A DNA stretch of 55,161 nt from Macrostomum lignano (taxonomy: Eukaryota), in the NCBI GenBank assembly GCA_002269645.1, contig NIVC01003494.1, positions 1-55,161 of the forward strand, in the 5' to 3' direction. Positions 14,301-26,300 of this stretch are shown piece after piece. Every line of letters begins with the position of its first letter. Positions within the stretch are counted from its first letter, which is position 1. Below the pieces are notes generated by a model, which was not told where the DNA came from, did no database searches, and saw only the letters and a program-made list of their open reading frames with translations. The translations under genes were made by a program, and so were the position numbers.

Positions 14301-17300
14301 CGTTGAATGATAGCTAAAAGTAGTATGAAATGCGCGCGAATGGAATAAAATAAAGTACAACAAGTAATTACTTTTCCCGATATGCATAGAAAACTGTTTA
14401 TGTAAGAAGGCAATTTTTTAATAAAGTTGATAGTGGCTGATGAACAGAGTTGACTGCTAAATTTAAACTGAATTCGGAAATAATAAAGATGAGATAACTG
14501 ATGAAAATGAGGGAATAGGGGATACATGATGAGAATGGGTACAAATTATGAAAATAGAGATAAATGATGAGATGGGGATAAATGATGAAAATGGGGATAA
14601 ATGATGAAAATGGGATAAATGGTGAAGATGGGGATAAATGATGAAAATAGGGATAAATGATGAGAATGGGATAAATGATGAAAATAGGGATAAATGATGA
14701 AAATGGGATAAATGGTGAAGATGGGGATAAATGATGAAAATAGGGATAAATGATGAGAATGGGATAAATGATGAGAATGGGATAAACGATGAAAATGGGA
14801 TAAATGGTGAAGATGGGGATAAATGATGAAAATAGGGATAAATGATGAGAATGGGATAAATGATGAAAATAGGGATAAATGATGAAAATGGGATAAATGA
14901 TGAAAATAGGGATAAATGATGAAAGCAGGGATAAATGATGAGAATGGGGATAAATGATGAAAATAGGGATAAATGATGAGAATGGGATAAATGATGAAAA
15001 TGGGATAAATGGTGAAGATGGGGATAAATGATGAAAATAGGGATAAATGATGAAAATAGGGATAAATGATGAGAATGGGATAAATGATGAAAATGGGATG
15101 AATGGTGAAGATGGGGATAAATGATGAAAATAGGGATAAATGATGAAAATAGGGATAAATGATGAAAATAGGGATAAATGATGAAAATAGGGATAAATGA
15201 TGAGAATGGGATAAATGGTGAAGATGGGGATAAATGATGAAAATAGGGATAAATGATGAAAATGGGATAAATGATGAAAATAGGGATAAATGATGAAAAT
15301 AGGGATAAATGATGAAAATGGGATAAATGGTGAAGATGGGGATAAATGATGAAAATAGGGATAAATGATGAAAATAGGGATAAATGATGAAAATAGGGAT
15401 AAATGATGAGAATGGGATAAATGATGAAAATGGGATAAATGGTGAAGATGGGGATAAATGATGAAAATAGGGATAAATGATGAAAATGGGATAAATGATG
15501 AAAATAGGGATAAATGATGAAAATAGGGATAAATGATGAGAATGGGATAAATGATGAAAATGGGATAAATGGTGAAGATGGGGATAAATGATGAAAATAG
15601 GGATAAATGATGAAAATGGGATAAATGATGAAAATATGGATAAATGATGAAAATAGGGATAAATGATGAGAATGGGATAAATGATGAAAATGGGATAAAT
15701 GGTGAAGATGGGGATAAATGATGAAAATAGGGATAAATGATGAGAATAGGGATAAATGATGAAAATAGGGATAAATGATGAAAATAGGGATAAATGATGA
15801 AAATAGGGATAAATGATGAGAATGGGATAAATGATGAAAATGGGATAAATGGTGAAGATGGGGATAAATGATGAAAATAGGGATAAATGATGAAAATAGG
15901 GATAAATGGTGAAGATGGGGATAAATGATGAAAATAGGGATAAATGATGAAAATAGGGATAAATGATGAAAATAGGGATAAATGATGAGAATGGGATAAA
16001 TGATGATAATGGGATAAATGGTGAAGATGGGGATAAATGATGAAAATAGGGATAAATGATGAAAATAGGGATAAATGATGAAAATAGGGATAAATGATGA
16101 GAATGGGATAAATGATGAAAATGGGATAAATGGTGAAGATGGGGATAAATGATGAAAATAGGGATAAATGATGAGAATGGGATAAATGGTGAAGATGGGG
16201 ATAAATGATGAAAATAGGGATAAATGATGAAAATGGGATAAATGATGAAAATAGGGATAAATGATGAAAATAGGGATAAATGATGAGAATGGGATAAATG
16301 ATGAAAATGGGATAAATGGTGAAGATGGGGATAAATGATGAAAATAGGGATAAATGATGAAAATAGGGATAAATGATGAAAATAGGGATAAATGATGAGA
16401 ATGGGATAAATGATGAAAATGGGATAAATGGTGAAGATGGGGATAAATGATGAAAATAGGGATAAATGATGAAAATGGGATAAATGATGAAAATAGGGAT
16501 AAATGATGAAAATAGGGATAAATGATGAGAATGGGATAAATGATGAAAATGGGATAAATGGTGAAGATGGGGATAAATGATGAAAATAGGGATAAATGAT
16601 GAAAATAGGGATAAATGATGAAAATAGGGATAAATGATGAGAATGGGATAAATGATGAAAATGGGATAAATGGTGAAGATGGGGATAAATGATGAAAATA
16701 GGGATAAATGATGAAAATAGGGATAAATGATGAAAATAGGGATAAATGATGAGAATGGGATAAATGATGAAAATGGGATAAATGGTGAAGATGGGGATAA
16801 ATGATGAAAATAGGGATAAATGATGAAAATAGGGATAAATGATGAAAATAGGGATAAATGATGAGAATGGGATAAATGATGAAAATAGGGATAAATGGTG
16901 AAGATGGGGATAAATGATGAAAATAGGGATAAATGATGAGAATGGGATAAATGATGAAAATGGGATAAATGGTGAAGATGGGGATAAATGATGAAAATAG
17001 GGATAAATGATGAAAATAGGGATAAATGATGAAAATAGGGATAAATGATGAAAATAGGGATAAATGATGAAAATAGGGATAAATGATGAAAATAGGGATA
17101 AATGATGAAAATAGGGATAAATGATGAGAATGGGATAAATGATGAAAATGGGATAAATGGTGAAGATGGGGATAAATGATGAAAATAGGGATAAATGATG
17201 AAAATAGGGATAAATGATGAAAATAGGGATAAATGATGAGAATGGGATAAATGATGAAAATGGGATAAATGGTGAAGATGGGGATAAATGATGAAAATAG

Positions 17301-20300
17301 GGATAAATGATGAAAATAGGGATAAATGATGAGAATGGGATAAATGATGAAAATGGGATAAATGGTGAAGATGGGGATAAATGATGAAAATAGGGATAAA
17401 TGATGAAAATAGGGATAAATGATGAAAATAGGGATAAATGATGAGAATGGGATAAATGATGAAAATGGGATAAATGGTGAAGATGGGGATAAATGATGAA
17501 AATAGGGATAAATGATGAAAATAGGGATAAATGATGAAAATAGGGATAAATGATGAGAATGGGATAAATGATGAAAATAGGGATAAATGGTGAAGATGGG
17601 GATAAATGATGAAAATAGGGATAAATGATGAAAATAGGGATAAATGATGAAAATAGGGATAAATGATGAGAATGGGATAAATGATGAAAATGGGATAAAT
17701 GGTGAAGATGGGGATAAATGATGAAAATAGGGATAAATGATGAAAATAGGGATAAATGATGAAAATAGGGATAAATGATAAGAATGGGATAAATGATGAA
17801 AATGGGATAAATGGAGAAGATGGGGATAAATGATGAAAATAGGGATAAATGATGAAAATAGGGATAAATGATGAGAATGGGATAAATGATGAAAATGGGA
17901 TAAATGGTGAAGATGGGGATAAATGATGAAAATAGGGATAAATGATGAGAATGGGATAAATGATGAAAATAGGGATAAATGATGAAAATGGGATAAATGG
18001 TGAAGATGGGGATAAATGATGAAAATAGGGATAAATGATGAGAATGGGATAAATGATGAGAATGGGATAAACGATGAAAATGGGATAAATGGTGAAGATG
18101 GGGATAAATGATGAAAATAGGGATAAATGATGAGAATGGGATAAATGATGAAAATAGGGATAAATGATGAAAATGGGATAAATGATGAAAATAGGGATAA
18201 ATGATGAAAGCAGGGATAAATGATGAGAATGGGGATAAATGATGAAAATAGGGATAAATGATGAGAATGGGATAAATGATGAAAATGGGATAAATGGTGA
18301 AGATGGGGATAAATGATGAAAATAGGGATAAATGATGAAAATAGGGATAAATGATGAAAATAGGGATAAATGATGAGAATGGGATAAATGATGAAAATGG
18401 GATGAATGGTGAAGATGGGGATAAATGATGAAAATAGGGATAAATGATGAAAATAGGGATAAATGATGAAAATAGGGATAAATGATGAAAATAGGGATAA
18501 ATGATGAGAATGGGATAAATGATGAAAATGGGATAAATGGTGAAGATGGGGATAAATGATGAAAATAGGGATAAATGATGAAAATAGGGATAAATGATGA
18601 AAATAGGGATAAATGATGAGAATGGGATAAATGATGAAAATGGGATAAATGGTGAAGATGGGGATAAATGATGAAAATAGGGATAAATGATGAAAATAGG
18701 GATAAATGATGAGAATGGGATAAATGATGAAAATGGGATAAATGGTGAAGATGGGGATAAATGATGAAAATAGGGATAAATGATGAAAATAGGGATAAAT
18801 GATGAAAATAGGGATAAATGATGAGAATGGGATAAATGATGAAAATAGGGATAAATGGTGAAGATGGGGATAAATGATGAAAATAGGGATAAATGATGAA
18901 AATAGGGATAAATGATGAAAATAGGGATAAATGATGAGAATGGGATAAATGATGAAAATGGGATAAATGGTGAAGATGGGGATAAATGATGAAAATAGGG
19001 ATAAATGATGAAAATAGGGATAAATGATGAGAATGGGATAAATGATGAAAATGGGATAAATGGTGAAGATGGGGATAAATGATGAAAATAGGGATAAATG
19101 ATGAAAATAGGGATAAATGATGAAAATAGGGATAAATGATGAGAATGGGATAAATGATGAAAATAGGGATAAATGGTGAAGATGGGGATAAATGATGAAA
19201 ATAGGGATAAATGATGAAAATAGGGATAAATGATGAAAATAGGGATAAATGATGAAAATAGGGATAAATGATGAGAATGGGATAAATGATGAAAATGGGA
19301 TAAATGGTGAAGATGGGGATAAATGATGAAAATAGGGATAAATGATGAAAATAGGGATAAATGATGAAAATAGGGATAAATGATGAGAATGGGATAAATG
19401 ATGAAAATAGGGATAAATGGTGAAGATGGGGATAAATGATGAAAATAGGGATAAATGATGAAAATAGGGATAAATGATGAAAATAGGGATAAATGATGAG
19501 AATGGGATAAATGATGAAAATGGGATAAATGGTGAAGATGGGGATAAATGATGAAAATAGGGATAAATGATGAAAATAGGGATAAATGATGAAAATAGGG
19601 ATAAATGATGAGAATGGGATAAATGATGAAAATGGGATAAATGGTGAAGATGGGGATAAATGATGAAAATAGGGATAAATGATGAAAATAGGGATAAATG
19701 ATGAAAATAGGGATAAATGATGAGAATGGGATAAATGATGAAAATGGGATAAATGGTGAAGATGGGGATAAATGATGAAAATAGGGATAAATGATGAAAA
19801 TAGGGATAAATGATGAAAATAGGGATAAATGATGAGAATGGGATAAATGATGAAAATGGGATAAATGGTGAAGATGGGGATAAATGATGAAAATAGGGAT
19901 AAATGATGAAAATAGGGATAAATGATGAAAATAGGATAAATGATGAGAATGGGATAAATGATGAAAATAGGGATAAATGGTGAAGATGGGGATAAATGAT
20001 GAAAATAGGGATAAATGATGAAAATAGGGATAAATGATGAAAATAGGGATAAATGATGAGAATGGGATAAATGATGAAAATGGGATAAATGGTGAAGATG
20101 GGGATAAATGATGAAAATAGGGATAAATGATGAAAATAGGGATAAATGATGAAAATAGGGATAAATGATGAGAATGGGATAAATGATGAAAATGGGATAA
20201 ATGGTGAAGATGGGGATAAATGATGAAAATAGGGATAAATGATGAAAATAGGGATAAATGATGAAAATAGGGATAAATGATGAGAATGGGATAAATGATG

Positions 20301-23300
20301 AAATGGGATAAATGGTGAAGATGGGGATAAATGATGAAAATAGGGATAAATGATGAAAATAGGGATAAATGATGAAAATAGGGATAAATGATGAGAATGG
20401 GATAAATGATGAAAATGGGATAAATGGTGAAGATGGGGATAAATGATGAAAATAGGGATAAATGATGAAAATAGGGATAAATGATGAAAATAGGGATAAA
20501 TGATGAGAATGGGATAAATGATGAAAATGGGATAAATGGTGAAGATGGGGATAAATGATGAAAATAGGGATAAATGATGAAAATAGGGATAAATGATGAA
20601 AATAGGGATAAATGATGAAAATAGGGATAAATGATGAGAATGGGATAAATGATGAAAATAGGGATAAATGGTGAAGATGGGGATAAATGATGAAAATAGG
20701 GATAAATGATGAAAATAGGGATAAATGATGAAAATAGGGATAAATGATGAGAATGGGATAAATGATGAAAATGGGATAAATGGTGAAGATGGGGATAAAT
20801 GATGAAAATAGGGATAAATGATGAAAATAGGGATAAATGATGAAAATAGGGATAAATGATGAGAATGGGATAAATGATGAAAATGGGATAAATGGTGAAG
20901 ATGGGGATAAATGATGAAAATAGGGATAAATGATGAAAATAGGGATAAATGATGAAAATAGGGATAAATGATGAGAATGGGATAAATGATGAAAATGGGA
21001 TAAATGGTGAAGATGGGGATAAATGATGAAAATAGGGATAAATGATGAAAATAGGGATAAATGATGAAAATAGGATAAATGATGAGAATGGGATAAATGA
21101 TGAAAATAGGGATAAATGGTGAAGATGGGGATAAATGATGAAAATAGGGATAAATGATGAAAATAGGGATAAATGATGAAAATAGGGATAAATGATGAGA
21201 ATGGGATAAATGATGAAAATGGGATAAATGGTGAAGATGGGGATAAATGATGAAAATAGGGATAAATGATGAAAATAGGGATAAATGATGAAAATAGGGA
21301 TAAATGATGAGAATGGGATAAATGATGAAAATAGGGATAAATGGTGAAGATGGGGATAAATGATGAAAATAGGGATAAATGATGAAAATAGGGATAAATG
21401 ATGAAAATAGGGATAAATGATGAGAATGGGATAAATGATGAAAATGGGATAAATGGTGAAGATGGGGATAAATGATGAAAATAGGGATAAATGATGAAAA
21501 TAGGGATAAATGATGAGAATGGGATAAATGATGAGAATGGGATAAATGATGAAAATGGGATAAATGATGAAAATAGGGATAAATGGTGAAGATGGGGATA
21601 AATGATGAAAATGGGATAAATGATGAGAATGGGATAAATGATGAAAATAGGGATAAATGATGAAAATAGGGATAAATGATGAAAATAGGGATAAATGATG
21701 AGAATGGGATAAATGATGAAAATGGGATAAATGGTGAAGATGGGGATAAATGATGAAAATAGGGATAAATGATGAAAATGGGATAAATGATGAGAATGGG
21801 ATAAATGATGAGAATGGGATAAATGATGAAAATGGGATAAATGATGAAAATGGGATAAATGATGAAAATAGGGATAAATGATGAAAATAGGGATAAATGA
21901 TGAAGATGGGGATAAATGATGAAAATGGGATAAATGATGAAAATGGGATAAATGGTGAAGATGGGGATAAATGATGAAAATAGGGATAAATGATGAAAAT
22001 AGGGATAAATGATGAAAATAGGGATAAATGATGAGAATGGGATAAATGATGAAAATGGGATAAATGGTGAAGATGGGGATAAATGATGAAAATAGGGATA
22101 AATGATGAAAATAGGGATAAATGATGAAAATAGGGATAAATGATGAGAATGGGATAAATGATGAAAATAGGGATAAATGGTGAAGATGGGGATAAATGAT
22201 GAAAATAGGGATAAATGATGAAAATAGGGATAAATGATGAAAATAGGGATAAATGATGAGAATGGGATAAATGATGAAAATGGGATAAATGGTGAAGATG
22301 GGGATAAATGATGAAAATAGGGATAAATGATGAAAATAGGGATAAATGATGAGAATGGGATAAATGATGAGAATGGGATAAATGATGAAAATGGGATAAA
22401 TGATGAAAATAGGGATAAATGGTGAAGATGGGGATAAATGATGAAAATGGGATAAATGATGAGAATGGGATAAATGATGAAAATAGGGATAAATGATGAA
22501 AATAGGGATAAATGATGAAAATAGGGATAAATGATGAGAATGGGATAAATGATGAGAATGGGATAAATGATGAGAATGGGATAAATGGTGAAGATGGGGA
22601 TAAATGATGAAAATGGGATAAATGATGAAAATGGGATAAATGATGAGAATGGGATAAATGATGAGAATGGGATAAATGATGAAAATGGGATAAATGATGA
22701 AAATAGGGATAAATGATGAAGATGGGGATAAATGATGAGAATGGGATAAATGATGAAAATGGGATAAATGATGAAAATAGGGATAAATGGTGAAGATGGG
22801 GATAAATGATGAAAATGGGATAAATGATGAAAATGGGATAAATGATGAAAATAGGGATAAATGGTGAAGATGGGGATAAATGATGAAAATGGGATAAATG
22901 ATGAAAATAGGGATAAATGATGAAGATGGGGATAAATGATGAAAATGGGATAAATGATGAAAATGGGATAAATGATGAAAATGGGATAAATGGTGAAGAT
23001 GGGGATAAATGATGAAAATGGGATAAATGATGAAAATAGGGATAAATGATGAAGATGGGGATAAATGATGAAAATGGGATAAATGATGAAAATGGGATAA
23101 ATGATGAAAATGGGATAAATGGTGAAGATGGGGATAAATGATGAAAATGGGATAAATGGTGAAGATGGGGATAAATGATGAAAATGGGATAAATGGTGAA
23201 GATGGGGATAAATGATGAAAATGGGATAAATGGTGAAGATGGGGATAAATGATGAAAATAGGATAAATGATGAAAATGGGATAAATAATGAGAATGGGGA

Positions 23301-26300
23301 TAAATGATGAAAATAGGGATAAATGATGAGAATGGGATAAATTATGAAAATAGGGATAAATGATGAAAATAGGATAAATGATGAAAATGGGATAAATAAT
23401 GAGAATGGGGATAAATGATGAAAATAGGGATAAATGATAAAAATGAAGTGACGAAAATTAGTGCATAAGAGAAGACGCAATGCACAAGTGTTAAAAATAC
23501 GCTTAGTTCACCTGATTCTGCCTCCCCGCTAGCTGCTCCAGCGTCTCCGCCGGCTTCCTCGTCCAACAGCTCGGCCACCTCAGGATCTGGCAGCTTAGAC
23601 AGTCGCTCAGTGGCAGCTCTGGCCTCCGCTAGCAGAGCAGCCGAACGAACGCCTCGACTATTGAGCACTTCCACTCGACAAGCTTTCAACTGTCGATTAA
23701 TAGCGAGAGCGTCCAGGTACACCTCCGATTTCGGCTCGTTAAATGTTCGAGCGTTGCGCACCATCAGAGCGAGGTCGCGCTCCACATCCTCTAGGGATTT
23801 GTAGTGGCCGCCGCGTAACACCCGGTTGGCGATCATGCGGAGATCGACGGGATCGCGGATCACCTGCGGCGGTGCGGAGTTGGTGGGTTCTGGAACTGAG
23901 CGGCTGGGTTCTCATGTGTCTCACTCTCATCTCATGTGTCTTACTCTCATGTGTCTCACTCTCATGTGTCTCACTCTCATCTCATGTGTCTTACTCTCAT
24001 GTGTCTCACTCTCATGTGTCTCACTCTCATCTCATGTGTCTTACTCTCATGTGTCTCACTCTCATGTGTCTCACTCTCATCTCATGTGTCTTACTCTCAT
24101 GTGTCTCACTCTCATGTGTCTCACTCTCATCTCATGTGTCTTACTCTCATGTGTCTCACTCTCATGTGTCTCACTCTCATCTCATGTGTCTTACTCTCAT
24201 GTGTCTCACTCTCATGTGTCTCACTCTCATCTCATGTGTCTTACTCTCATGTGTCTCACTCTCATGTGTCTCACTCTCATCTCATGTGTCTTACTCTCAT
24301 GTGTCTCACTCTCATGTGTCTCACTCTCATCTCATGTGTCTTACTCTCATGTGTCTCACTCTCATGTGTCTCACTCTCATCTCATGTGTTTTACTCTCAT
24401 GTGTCTCACTCTCATGTGTCTCACTCTCATCTCATGTGTCTTACTCTCATGTGTCTCACTCTCATGTGTCTCACTCTCATCTCATGTGTCTTACTCTCAT
24501 GTGTCTCACTCTCATGTGTCTCACTCTCATCTCATGTGTCTTACTCTCATGTGTCTCACTCTCATGTGTCTCACTCTCATCTCATGTGTCTTACTCTCAT
24601 GTGTCTCACTCTCATGTGTCTCACTCTCATCTCATGTGTCTTACTCTCATGTGTCTCACTCTCATGTGTCTCACTCTCATCTCATGTGTCTTACTCTCAT
24701 GTGTCTCACTCTCATGTGTCTCACTCTCATCTCATGTGTCTTACTCTCATGTGTCTCACTCTCATGTGTCTCACTCTCATCTCATGTGTCTTACTCTCAT
24801 GTGTCTCACTCTCATGTGTCTCACTCTCATCTCATGTGTCTTAATCTCATGTGTCTCACTCTCATGTGTCTCACTCTCATCTCATGTGTCTTACTCTCAT
24901 GTGTCTCACTCTCATCTCATGTGTCTTACTCTCATGTGTCTCACTCTCATGTGTCTCACTCTCATCTCATGTGTCTTACTCTCATGTGTCTCACTCTCAT
25001 GTGTCTCACTCTCATCTCATGTGTCTTACTCTCATGTGTCTCACTCTCATGTGTCTCACTCTCATCTCATGTGTCTTAATCTCGTGTGGCTCACTCTCAT
25101 GTGTCTCACTCCCATATGCCTCACCTTCATGTGTCTCAATCATGGTCTCAATCATACGCTCGTATGTGTCTCAATCATATGCGTCTCACCCTCATGTGTC
25201 TCACTCCCATGTGTCTCACCACCATGTGAATCACTCCCATGTGTCTCACCTCCATGTGAATCACTTCCATGTGACTCACTCTCATGTGACTCACTCTCAT
25301 GTGACTCACCACCATGTGACTCACCACCATGTGACTCACCACCATGTGACTCACTCTCATGTGACTCACTCTCATGTGACTCACCACCATGTGACTCACT
25401 CTCATGTGACTCACTCTCATGTGACTCACCACCATGTGACTCACCACCATGTGACTCACTCTCATGTGACTCACCACCTTGTGACTCACTCTCATGTGAC
25501 TCACTCTCATGTGACTCACCACCATGTGACTCACTCTCATGTGACTCACTCTCATGTGACTCACCACCATGTGACTCACTCTCATGTGACTCACTCTCAT
25601 GTGACTCACCACCATGTGACTCACTCTTATGTGACTCACTCTCATGTGACTCACCACCATGTGACTCACTCTCATGTGACTCACCACCATGTGACTCACC
25701 ACCATGTGACTCACTCTCATGTGACTCACTCTCATGTGACTCACCACCATGTGACTCACTCTCATGTGACTCACTCTCATGTGACTCACTCTCATGTGAC
25801 TCACCACCATGTGACTCACTCTCATGTGACTCACTCTCATGTGACTCACCACCATGTGACTCACTCTCATGTGACTCACTCTCATGTGACTCACTCTCAT
25901 GTGACTCATCACCATGTGACTCACTCTCATGTGACTCACTCTCATGTGACTCACTCTCATGTGACTCACTCTCATGTGACTCACCACCATGTGACTCACT
26001 CTCATGTGACTCACCACCATGTGACTCACTCTCATGTGACTCACTCTCATGTGACTCACCACCATGTGACTCACTCCGATGTGCCTCACATCTGCCTCAT
26101 TCCAACGTGTCTTACCCTTCCCCCAGAGTCCCAATCTTGCCTCATAATACTGCGGATAGTCTTTAGGCGAGGGCAGCACCTCAAAGTGCTCAGTGACAGA
26201 CCGGCCAGAGTCGTCCGACAGTCTTGTGACAGCAGCCAGCAGCAGCTCCTGCAGAATCTGAGGCGAAACTGACGAATCAGCAGCTGCGCCTTCGTTAGTG

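Noticed and set aside
14463-23480. 3005-aa ORF (F/I/S/H/P-rich) on the minus strand
   Set aside because: Translation of an intronic satellite whose strand cannot contain stop codons; it lies inside PBRM1 intron 3 and has no domain content.
23743-26272. Long plus-strand His/Cys/Ser-rich ORFs (807, 473, 417, 302 aa)
   Set aside because: Products of the 15-bp satellite; they resemble metal-binding proteins only through repeat translation.
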